A stretch of 45,414 nt of DNA from Flavobacteriaceae bacterium (GCA_046711205.1 JBKEHX010000001.1:1-45414); one strand, 5' to 3'. Counted from the stretch's first letter, positions 16,957 to 25,238 are shown. Program-made: numbers and translations. The notes: generated by a model from the letters alone, not told the origin.

Positions 16957-18348
16957 TTATAAAATAATGTCAAGTGGTTGTGTTTTACGCCACTGGCTTC
17001 TTGTAAAATCTGGAAATTTTTGTGGCATCCCTTCTTGTGCTATACAAGCTTCACTAAGAGGAGATACCGCGCTCCACAAACAACCTTCGTATACATTTTG
17101 ATCTAGCGGACTTCCACTGCGTAAACATTCTACAATGCGGTACAGCATCATAAAGTCCATTCCGCCATGGCCTCCCATTTTAGTAGCCAAGGCTCCCAGG
17201 CGCTTATACATTGGGTGTTCATATTGTTCATAAAGCACTTCTAATTGTTCGCCTTGCGCCCATTGGTGGTGACTGTCTGTAACGCCCTCAACACCCCCTT
17301 CAAGTGCTACGCGGGTTGGAAAACCCGCTAAGATTCCCTTGGTTCCTTGCACTAAATTGTGCCGTGAATAAGGTCGCGGACTTGTTTCATCCCATTGAAT
17401 CATAACTGTTTTTCCTAAGGTAGTTTTAATTATAGAAGTATTCATGTCCCCCCCTTTATACTCTAACGCATTCCACTTATGATCTGCGGGATAATTTTTT
17501 TTAGCATAGGCCTTTCTTCCACGCGCGGGTGTTGAAAAAGAAACCAAGGTATTGAACTGGTCTTCACCCCGACCTAAATTCATATACTGAGCCACCGGCC
17601 CCAAGCCATGGGTAGGATATAGGTTTCCGTTGCGATTAGCATAATGATGCGTTCGCCACGAACCTGTGCCCCTTTCTTGTTCTTCCATTTGGGAACGTAA
17701 CTCATGAATATAGGCCGCTTCGGCATGGAGTATTTCTCCAATAAGACCCTGCCTGCAGATGTTTAAATACAGTAATTCTTCCCGTCCATAATTAACGTTT
17801 TCCATCATCATGCAATGCTTTTGTGTTTGCTCTGAAGTGTCGACAATTTTCCACATGTCCTTGAGGGTTAACGCAATGGGCACTTCCACAAACGCATGGG
17901 CCCCTTGCTTCATCGTTTCTAGAGCCATGGGGGCATGATTTTTCCAATTAGTGGCTATGAAAACGGCATCGGGTTTAACGTCTACCAACATTTTTTTCCA
18001 GGCGTTTTCATCTCCAAAATAACGTGCAATGGCAGTATTTCTTTCGTTTCCTAAAGCTTCGCAAGAAGCTACGGAGCGGTCGACTAAATCTTCATATAGA
18101 TCTGCAATGGCTACAACTTGAGTTCCTTCAATACTTGCCAACTGTTTTGCATGGCCGCTGCCCCTGGCGCCAACACCTATTAGTGCAATACGGACAGTGT
18201 CTAGCTTGGGGGCAGCAAAATCTCCCATATAACTGCCACCAGAAGGGTTGTTTTCCTTTTCAGAACAGGATACGGCACTAGCCAGATAAAGGGAGGCTGC
18301 AGAAAGGGAAGTCTTTTTTAAAAAATTTCTTCTGTCAATGTTTTTCAT
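16957..18348 (-). CDS. Tat-exported Gfo/Idh/MocA-family NAD-binding protein, GH109-like (possible NAD-dependent glycosidase)
   Basis: It has a twin-arginine signal (MKNIDRRNFLKKTSLSAASLYLASAVSC), a Rossmann motif IGVGARGSGH, and a size (463 aa) and layout like GH109 alpha-N-acetylgalactosaminidases. Confidence 0.65.
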   Translation of the reverse strand: MKNIDRRNFLKKTSLSAASLYLASAVSCSEKENNPSGGSYMGDFAAPKLDTVRIALIGVGARGSGHAKQLASIEGTQVVAIADLYEDLVDRSVASCEALGNERNTAIARYFGDENAWKKMLVDVKPDAVFIATNWKNHAPMALETMKQGAHAFVEVPIALTLKDMWKIVDTSEQTQKHCMMMENVNYGREELLYLNICRQGLIGEILHAEAAYIHELRSQMEEQERGTGSWRTHHYANRNGNLYPTHGLGPVAQYMNLGRGEDQFNTLVSFSTPARGRKAYAKKNYPADHKWNALEYKGGDMNTSIIKTTLGKTVMIQWDETSPRPYSRHNLVQGTKGILAGFPTRVALEGGVEGVTDSHHQWAQGEQLEVLYEQYEHPMYKRLGALATKMGGHGGMDFMMLYRIVECLRSGSPLDQNVYEGCLWSAVSPLSEACIAQEGMPQKFPDFTRSQWRKTQPLDIIL

Positions 18349-18469
18349 GGAACGGATTTTATAAGCATTCTTTATGTTTCTTAAAAGTAAAAAAAACTAT
18401 GACAATGTTTAGAGTTTCAAGAAAAATAAAAAACAATGTTACAAAAAATTATATCTTTAAATAAAAAAA

Positions 18470-18553
18470 ATGGGTGTAGGTGGAATTGTTTTGGGAAGTT
18501 TGGCAGTATGTTTATTATTAGGCCTTATTATAGAAATCAAAGAACGCAACTAA
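18470..18553 (+). CDS. candidate 27-aa hydrophobic peptide (MGVGGIVLGSLAVCLLLGLIIEIKERN)
   Basis: Hand-translated. It is a single TM-like helix with a charged tail. It overlaps the non-family-like front of track ORF 18436-18663 in another frame. Confidence 0.25.
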   Translation: MGVGGIVLGSLAVCLLLGLIIEIKERN

Positions 18554-18558
18554 ACCTG

Positions 18559-18663
18559 ATGGGATATTTTATCAGAAACCTTTTTGTTTATGGTGCCATT
18601 GCCCTAGTGGTGTGGATGCTTTATGCTGCTATAAAGGGAATGAAAAATAAAAACCAACAATGA
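18559..18663 (+). CDS. candidate 34-aa hydrophobic peptide (MGYFIRNLFVYGAIALVVWMLYAAIKGMKNKNQQ)
   Basis: This is an internal ATG of track ORF 18436-18663. It gives a single TM-like helix with a basic tail. Confidence 0.3.
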   Translation: MGYFIRNLFVYGAIALVVWMLYAAIKGMKNKNQQ

Positions 18664-18733
18664 GAAGACCATTCTAAAAACCTTCAACATTCTCCTTTTC
18701 TGATCTTAAACCTTTTAAGACACTCACCTGAAA

Positions 18734-19882
18734 CTACTTTTGGTGGACTAAATAAGGATACTCATTTTCACGATGTTGAAAATCTAAGATTTGCTGTTTT
18801 ACCACAATTCCGTTGGCAATATTTATCGCATTATTAATAGTGACATTTTTTTTCCACTCAGAGGGGCCTTCCATAACCGCTTGTAAGTGTACAATTAATG
18901 CTGCAGAAATAGACCTCGAAGCACTTTCCCAAAAATAGCTAGGTGTGTGGTCAACAGCATAATAGTCGATTTGCTCAATTTTAATTAACGGTTCTTTAAA
19001 CGTTGTAGGTCTTGCAAAATAAAATCCCATGCCTTCATCACAACTCACATCAATTATTAAGGCCCCGGGTTTCATTTTTTCTTTTTCATCTTCAATCACA
19101 AAATTTATGGGATTGTCCGTTTCTTGATATGTTCCGTTAATAATGATGTCAGACTCACCAATTAAATCAATAAGTGGTCGCTGCTCCCCATTATGTTCTA
19201 TGACTTTTAGTCTGGGTTCGTTTGGACCACCCTTTTCTATTCGTGTATAATTTACATCCAGCACCTCTTCCCTAACTTCATGATCTGGCCTTTGAATGCA
19301 AATGGTAATGTCTCTAAAACCATGTGCTTTTAAGGCATAAATAGCGCCTCTACTTACCGCTCCAAAACTGAATATGATCACTTTACGTTGGTTACCATAA
19401 TGCCCATCTATCCCTTTAAGTTGTAGGGCATGAATTACTGCGCTATAGCCTGCCATCTCATTGTTTTTGTAAAAGGTGTGCCGACCCATCGCGCCGCTTG
19501 GATGCCAAACAAACATGTCCTCAAACGCTATTAATGTAAGTTTGCGTTCGATTGCTATTTGTGTTATTTCTTTTTGTTGGGCGCAATGAGGATACCCCCA
19601 TATTAACCCTCCTAATTTTAGAGTTCTTAGATCTGACGCTACCGGTTTTGCGATAATAACATTGCCAATGTCTGATAAAAGAACTTCTCTAGAAACCATG
19701 CCCCCAGTTTGTGATGAAATTTCTTCATCAGAAACATTAAACGGAATTCCATAGCCTTTTTCAAAAATAAGTTTTTTCCTAAGGCCTTCTGGGAGTCTTT
19801 TCAAGTGTTCTGGATGAATGGGAACTCTTCGTTCATCTTCTTTTTTGGAAGTTCCAATAACGCCCATTTGGGATAAAATCAT
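18734..19882 (-). CDS. alanine dehydrogenase/PNT-family enzyme, N5-(carboxyethyl)ornithine synthase-like
   Basis: It has an AlaDH-type N-terminal domain (RRVPIHPEHLKRL) and a central Rossmann motif (VIIFSFGAVSRGAIYAL). It is adjacent to the polyamine genes. Confidence 0.55.
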   Translation of the reverse strand: MILSQMGVIGTSKKEDERRVPIHPEHLKRLPEGLRKKLIFEKGYGIPFNVSDEEISSQTGGMVSREVLLSDIGNVIIAKPVASDLRTLKLGGLIWGYPHCAQQKEITQIAIERKLTLIAFEDMFVWHPSGAMGRHTFYKNNEMAGYSAVIHALQLKGIDGHYGNQRKVIIFSFGAVSRGAIYALKAHGFRDITICIQRPDHEVREEVLDVNYTRIEKGGPNEPRLKVIEHNGEQRPLIDLIGESDIIINGTYQETDNPINFVIEDEKEKMKPGALIIDVSCDEGMGFYFARPTTFKEPLIKIEQIDYYAVDHTPSYFWESASRSISAALIVHLQAVMEGPSEWKKNVTINNAINIANGIVVKQQILDFQHRENEYPYLVHQK

Positions 19883-20198
19883 TTTTTTAAATTAAAACGA
19901 ATTGGCTGTAAATACCAGTAACAAAACGTAAGATTAAACTCACAATTAGACGATTACTTTCTAGGAAGCAGGTCTTAAATCTGGCTACTAGAGTATTATT
20001 TTAATCAAAAGGACCTTGATGAGGCGGACAAAAGTTAATTTACATCAAGAAAGCTTGTGATTAAACTGCTGACAAATAATTATAGGCATAAGATACGCCT
20101 ATTCTAAGCATTCTTATCTAAGTTCATTATAGAAATTAATTATTTGAAAAGCTACTGGCGTTAAACCAATAAATAAAAATTTATCTAGAATAAAATTA

Positions 20199-21167
20199 TT
20201 AATCAAGTAAATATGCGAAAATTAGTGGAGCTACGATTGTTGCATCTGATTCGATAATAAATTTAGGAGTATCAACACCCAATTTCCCCCAAGTTATTTT
20301 TTCATTAGGAACGGCTCCAGAATAGGATCCAAAGCTTGTGGTGGAATCGGATATTTGACAAAAATAACTCCAAAAAGGAGTATCAGTTCGTTTTAAATCT
20401 TGATATAGCATTGGAACAACACAAATGGGAAAATCTCCTGCAATACCCCCTCCGATTTGAAAAAATCCTATTCCTTCTTTGCCCGCAGTTTGGGTATAAT
20501 AATTTGCCAACCACATCATGTATTCGATCCCAGACTTTACAGTGAAAGGTTTTAAGTTTCCTTTAACACAATACGAAGCAAAAATATTTCCCAAGGTTGA
20601 ATCCTCCCAGCCAGGAACAACTATCGGTAGATTTTTTTTCGCGGCTGCCAACATCCAAGAATTTTTCGGATCAATTTCGTAATATTCTTCTAAAACTCCT
20701 GAAAGTAACAATTGGTACATGTACTCGTGGGGGAAATAACTTTTACCCTCATTTTCAGCATTTTTCCAACAATTAAAAACATGTTTTTGTAACCTTCTAA
20801 AAGCTTCCTCTTCAGGAATACAGGTATCAGTCACCCGATTCAAGCCTTGTTCTAGCAAATCGAATTCTTGTTGAGGGGTCAGGTCTCTATAGTTAGGAAC
20901 ACGCTTATAGCTATTATGTGCTACCAAATTCATGAGATCTTCTTCCAAATTGGCACCTGTACATGAGATCATATGAACTTTATCTTGGCGAATCATTTCT
21001 GCAAGAGAAATCCCAATTTCTGCAGTACTCATAGCTCCAGCAAGTGATATTAACATTTTTTTACCAGATGCTAAATGGGCTTCATACCCTTGAGCGGCAT
21101 CAACCAAAGCTGCTGCATTAAAATGCAAAAAATGAGTTTCAATGAATTTTTTTATTTCTTTAGCCAT
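20199..21167 (-). CDS. deoxyhypusine synthase-like protein (probable homospermidine synthase)
   Basis: It shows the DHS family pattern, including the C-terminal GAVPNEKITWGKLGVD with the lysine of the conserved WGK motif. The start is trimmed to the ATG at 21167 (MAKEIKKFIE), 7 nt after the speB stop. Confidence 0.8.
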   Translation of the reverse strand: MAKEIKKFIETHFLHFNAAALVDAAQGYEAHLASGKKMLISLAGAMSTAEIGISLAEMIRQDKVHMISCTGANLEEDLMNLVAHNSYKRVPNYRDLTPQQEFDLLEQGLNRVTDTCIPEEEAFRRLQKHVFNCWKNAENEGKSYFPHEYMYQLLLSGVLEEYYEIDPKNSWMLAAAKKNLPIVVPGWEDSTLGNIFASYCVKGNLKPFTVKSGIEYMMWLANYYTQTAGKEGIGFFQIGGGIAGDFPICVVPMLYQDLKRTDTPFWSYFCQISDSTTSFGSYSGAVPNEKITWGKLGVDTPKFIIESDATIVAPLIFAYLLD

Positions 21168-21174
21168 TTTAAGT

Positions 21175-22029
21175 TTATAAATAAAATTTATAGGATAATA
21201 ATTTATAATATAGTTTTGCTGCCATAAAGTCGGGGGCATTAAAGACTTTCTTTGGAGCTAATTCTACAATATCAAAACCAACAACAGTGGTATTTATAAA
21301 TACTTTTTTTAGTAAATCTAGAGTTTCATTCCAAAAAAGTCCTCCCGGTTCTGGTGTCCCTGTCGAGGGCATAATAGATGGATCAAAAGCATCTAGATCA
21401 ATAGTGATATAGACATTCTCCCCAAGACAATTTACAACTTCTTCCTGCCAATTAGAATTGGTTCGAATTGCGTAGGAAGTAAAAAGTTTTTGTTTATTTA
21501 TAAAAGGTAATTCTTCACGATCCATACTACGGATCCCAACCTGAACCAAGTTGGTTGTTCTAGAAGCTTGGTATAAAGCACATGCATGATTGTTTGCCGA
21601 GCCTTTATATGATGGGCGCAAATCAGAATGCGCATCCAATTGCAAAACAGACAAATCCTTAAACTGTTTATTAAAAGCACGAATAGCTCCAATAGAAATT
21701 GAGTGTTCTCCTCCTAACAGGGTTACAAATTTATCTTTTTGAAAGTGTTTCGTAATTGAAGATTCAACTGCCCTAATCATGGATTCGGGACTGGTATCTT
21801 CTTTCACACTTGGGGCTAAATAAATCCCTTTTTTATATACTTCAGAATCTGTTTCAATATCATAAAGTTCCATGTTTTCTGCTGCCTTTAAAATAGCTTC
21901 TGGTCCTAAGTCAGCACCCTTGCCATAGGTGCTAGTTCCGTCATAGGGGACAGGAATAAGCACAACCTTGCTGGAATCATACTGTGCATATTCAGGAGAA
22001 ATGCCACCAAAGGTTCTTTGTTCATTCAT
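21175..22029 (-). CDS. speB: agmatinase (ureohydrolase family)
   Basis: It has the Mn-binding motifs GGEHSIS, LDAHSDL and ITIDLDAFDPS. It overlaps the speA stop by 8 nt. Confidence 0.85.
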   Translation of the reverse strand: MNEQRTFGGISPEYAQYDSSKVVLIPVPYDGTSTYGKGADLGPEAILKAAENMELYDIETDSEVYKKGIYLAPSVKEDTSPESMIRAVESSITKHFQKDKFVTLLGGEHSISIGAIRAFNKQFKDLSVLQLDAHSDLRPSYKGSANNHACALYQASRTTNLVQVGIRSMDREELPFINKQKLFTSYAIRTNSNWQEEVVNCLGENVYITIDLDAFDPSIMPSTGTPEPGGLFWNETLDLLKKVFINTTVVGFDIVELAPKKVFNAPDFMAAKLYYKLLSYKFYL

Positions 22030-23419
22030 AACCCAATAATTTCATAAAATTTTCTGCAGTTTGTTGTTCTGAAAATACTCTAGTTTCTAATTCCCCCGAT
22101 TCCTTTTTATCAATCAAAATGTATTTAGGCTGAGGAATCAGGCAATGTTGAAGTCCACCAAACCCGCCTAATGAATCTTGATATGCTCCCGTATTAAAAA
22201 AACCGATATAGAGGGGTTTATTTTGAGTAAAAATAGGAAGATAAATTGCATTAACATGTTGCTCATTATTGTAATAATCGTCACTATCACAAGTCAGCCC
22301 TCCTAAAAGGACTCTTTCATAGGGCTGATTCCAGTGATTTATGGGAAGCATAACAAAGCGTTTATTAATGGCCCAAGAGTCAGGTAAAGTGGTGATAAAA
22401 GAAGAATTAATCATATTCCATTTTTCTCGATCATTTTGTTGTTTTTGATAAAGCACCTCATAAAATATAGCCCCAGATTCCCCTACAGTAAAAGAACCAA
22501 ATTCTGTGAAAATATCAGGAACCGAAACTCCACCTTGATTACAAGTTGTTTGAATAAAATTGATGATTTCTGAGATCATATATTCATAATCAAAACAAAA
22601 CCCGAGGGAGTCTTTGGTGGGGAAACCTCCGCCTATATTCAAACTAGTAAGGGTGGGACAATTTTTTTTCAACTCAACATAAACATTTAAACATTTTTGA
22701 AGTTCATTCCAGTAATAAGAGTTGTCTTTAATACCCGTATTAATAAAGAAATGAAGCATGCTAAGACTAAGATTTGAATTCTCTTTAATCTCTTTTTTAT
22801 AAAAAGGGACGATGTTTTTATATCCAATTCCTAAGCGACTCGTGTAAAACTCAAATTTAGGTTCTTCTTCAGAGGCAATTCGAATTCCAATCTTAAAAGG
22901 ACTTTTAATTTTGTCATTTAATAAGTTTATTTCATCATAATTATCAATAATAGGAATACAATTGTAGTTGCCAGAATTTATTAATTCTGCAATGTTTTCG
23001 ATGTATTGATCCCGTTTAAATCCATTACAAAGTATATATGTACTTTCATTGATCTTTCCTTGATATCTTAATTTTTTTACGATTTCAATATCAAAGGCAG
23101 AAGAAGTTTCTATATGAATATCGTTTTTAAGGACTTCATCCAAAATATGACTAAAGTGGGCACTTTTTGTGCAATAACAATAATGATAATTTCCTTTATA
23201 ATTTTGATCTAAAATTACTTTTTGAAATAATGCTTTAGCCCTTTGAATATTTTCTGAAATCTTAGGGAGATAGCTTACCTTTAATGGAGTTCCATGTTGC
23301 TTAATTAAAGCTTCAATGTCAACTCCATGCCAAACAACAGAATGATTTGAGTTTAATTCAAATTCTTCTTGAGGAAAGTCAAAGGATTGTTCTATAAAAT
23401 CAATGTACTTATTTTTCAT
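22022..23419 (-). CDS. speA: PLP-dependent arginine decarboxylase (Orn/DAP/Arg decarboxylase fold type III)
   Basis: It has a PLP-lysine context (YCYCTKSAHF) and a GGGFP motif (LNIGGGFPT), and is coupled to agmatinase. The start is trimmed to the ATG at 23419 (MKNKYIDFIEQ). Confidence 0.8.
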   Translation of the reverse strand: MKNKYIDFIEQSFDFPQEEFELNSNHSVVWHGVDIEALIKQHGTPLKVSYLPKISENIQRAKALFQKVILDQNYKGNYHYCYCTKSAHFSHILDEVLKNDIHIETSSAFDIEIVKKLRYQGKINESTYILCNGFKRDQYIENIAELINSGNYNCIPIIDNYDEINLLNDKIKSPFKIGIRIASEEEPKFEFYTSRLGIGYKNIVPFYKKEIKENSNLSLSMLHFFINTGIKDNSYYWNELQKCLNVYVELKKNCPTLTSLNIGGGFPTKDSLGFCFDYEYMISEIINFIQTTCNQGGVSVPDIFTEFGSFTVGESGAIFYEVLYQKQQNDREKWNMINSSFITTLPDSWAINKRFVMLPINHWNQPYERVLLGGLTCDSDDYYNNEQHVNAIYLPIFTQNKPLYIGFFNTGAYQDSLGGFGGLQHCLIPQPKYILIDKKESGELETRVFSEQQTAENFMKLLGYE

Positions 23420-23426
23420 AGAGCGA

Positions 23427-23681
23427 TTATTCTTCAAAATCAATTTCAGATAGTTCTTCATCAATTTTTTCTGAAATATCCACGTGATTTTTATTATATT
23501 CAGCAATCGTATTTAGGGGTATCAGAAGAATCAATCCATCTGTTTCATACAATACCCCTTTAACAAGTTCCCCTAAATAAGGAAATGTGGTTGTTTCTAA
23601 TTCTCCTTCTTTAAAAGCGAGATAAATTGAATTTTGTAAAGCAGAATCACATTTTTTTAAGCTCCTAATAACCCGTTGCAT
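23427..23681 (-). CDS. hypothetical 84-aa protein with an acidic C-terminal tail, first gene of the polyamine operon
   Basis: ORF track. The stop lies 7 nt before the speA ATG. The tail is EKIDEELSEIDFEE. No family recognised. Confidence 0.45.
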   Translation of the reverse strand: MQRVIRSLKKCDSALQNSIYLAFKEGELETTTFPYLGELVKGVLYETDGLILLIPLNTIAEYNKNHVDISEKIDEELSEIDFEE

Positions 23682-23688
23682 GATAAAA

Positions 23689-23726
23689 ATATATAACTAC
23701 AAATATCAATTATAGTAGTTATATAT
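23689..23726. promoter_or_regulatory. perfect 12-bp inverted repeat (ATATATAACTAC-N14-GTAGTTATATAT) in the divergent Lrp/polyamine promoter region; candidate operator
   Basis: Arms at 23689-23700 and 23715-23726 are exact reverse complements. They lie between the minus-strand start at 23681 and the plus-strand start at 23796. Confidence 0.45.
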
Positions 23727-23795
23727 GTTGATATTAATTACTAAATAAGTAACTTTAGCTGAATTATAGTTAATTACTTTATTTTTTTACTTTTT

Positions 23796-24248
23796 ATGGA
23801 CAATGTAGACAGAAAAATCCTTGAAATCCTCCAAGAAAATGCAATGATTACGGCTAAAGAACTAGCCCAAAAACTATCATTAACAACCACACCCATTTAT
23901 GAAAGAATCAAAAAGCTTCAGAAATCAGGAATCATCAAACAATATGTTGCCTTACTTGATGCAAATTTGTTAGGAAAAAGCATCCTTGTTTTCATGAATA
24001 TCACTATAAAGGACCACCACTCTGACAAAAGAAATGAGTTTGTAAAACAAATTAAAAAACTAGATTCTGTGATTGAATTTTATCACACTTCTGGAAGCTT
24101 TGATTTTTTAGCAAAAGTCCGTTTTTCAGATATAAAAACATTTCGTGACTTCTTGGTGAATGATGTTGCTTCGATCTATAACATTAGTGATATTGAAAGT
24201 CAAATCGTATTGGAAGAGATTAAATATTCTACTAAAATAATTTTATAG
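23796..24248 (+). CDS. Lrp/AsnC family transcriptional regulator
   Basis: It has the HTH region MDNVDRKILEILQENAMITAKELAQKLSLTTTPIYERIKKLQKSGIIK followed by a RAM/AsnC_trans_reg domain. Confidence 0.9.
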   Translation: MDNVDRKILEILQENAMITAKELAQKLSLTTTPIYERIKKLQKSGIIKQYVALLDANLLGKSILVFMNITIKDHHSDKRNEFVKQIKKLDSVIEFYHTSGSFDFLAKVRFSDIKTFRDFLVNDVASIYNISDIESQIVLEEIKYSTKIIL

Positions 24249-24348
24249 AATAGTAAAGAATTAGTACATCATTTTTTTAATTAATAAGGATAAAAAGAGT
24301 TTATTGTTTTAACCTATAAAGTGCTCTGTTATTTTATTGGAAAAAGAT

Positions 24349-24723
24349 TTATTCTTTTATACGTGATCCTTCAACATCAAACATACCCATCATAGAACCC
24401 GATAGTTCGTCTCCCTCAATGGTAAGTTCAAAATAAATGTCATACCCGCCCGCATAAGCTTCTATAGTAAAAACACCTTCATCAAGTGTTGTAGTTTCCA
24501 CTTCAAAATCAGCGGCTGCAGATTGATCTTTAGATTGCATGACCATGGTAGAAGAATACTTTTCTCCCTCCTTAGTAACAGAAAGTTTGATTGGAATATC
24601 TCCATAGTTGTCTACAGCAAAAATGGTAAAATCATAATTTCCTACATAAGGATCTTTGGCATTTTTTTTTTGAACGCCACAAGAAGCTATTAAAAAAAAG
24701 GAGAGTACAAGTACTTTTTTCAT
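24349..24723 (-). CDS. hypothetical lipoprotein
   Basis: It has a lipobox signal (MKKVLVLSFFLIASC). The start is trimmed from the track ORF. Confidence 0.55.
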   Translation of the reverse strand: MKKVLVLSFFLIASCGVQKKNAKDPYVGNYDFTIFAVDNYGDIPIKLSVTKEGEKYSSTMVMQSKDQSAAADFEVETTTLDEGVFTIEAYAGGYDIYFELTIEGDELSGSMMGMFDVEGSRIKE

Positions 24724-24758
24724 CTCAAGCATGAATAAAATTCTTTTAGAAATATTAA

Positions 24759-25238
24759 TTAATCTGCACTTGTTCCAGCAACTATGCGATCCCAAACTCT
24801 AGTCTCACCGCTCAATTGATTAATCACAGTGATACGGTTGTCATTATTTGAAAAAGAAACTACGTTAGTAGTATATTGTTCTCCTCTAGTAAAAGTGTAT
24901 AAATCGGTTGCAGGATCAATTAACCATGTAAAAATATTTAGGCTTGGGTTCAAACAGCCTCCGCTATTTTCATCAAAATTAACAAACGTTTCTGTTGCAA
25001 GTTTCGCGTTGACAGATAATTTGAAACTAAAACAAGAATTTTCCGGATATAAAGCTACTATAGAAGCTTTTAAATCACCCCAAATAATAACAGCTTTGTT
25101 TAAATCCGTGTAGGAATAAATTGTCCATTCACCAACAATTCTATCGTCAGTAGGTATCAACTCTTCTTTACCACAACTTAAAAAGAAAATGAGACTTAAT
25201 GTCAAAAGTGTAATTCTAAATACTTTAAATGATTTCAT
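24759..25238 (-). CDS. lipocalin-like lipoprotein
   Basis: It has the signal MKSFKVFRITLLTLSLIFFLSC and a GEWTIYSY beta-barrel style repeat typical of lipocalin-like domains. Confidence 0.5.
   Translation of the reverse strand: MKSFKVFRITLLTLSLIFFLSCGKEELIPTDDRIVGEWTIYSYTDLNKAVIIWGDLKASIVALYPENSCFSFKLSVNAKLATETFVNFDENSGGCLNPSLNIFTWLIDPATDLYTFTRGEQYTTNVVSFSNNDNRITVINQLSGETRVWDRIVAGTSAD

Noticed and set aside
20199-21239. Long N-terminal extensions offered by the ORF track (DHS-like to 21239, speA to 23506, BaxI-like to 4154, lipoprotein to 24795, thioesterase from 660)
   Set aside because: The extensions overlap the upstream gene or add non-family-like residues. Internal ATGs give canonical N-termini (MAKEIKKF, MKNKYIDF, MNKHLSL, MKKVLVL, MKKNKMEM), so the starts were trimmed.
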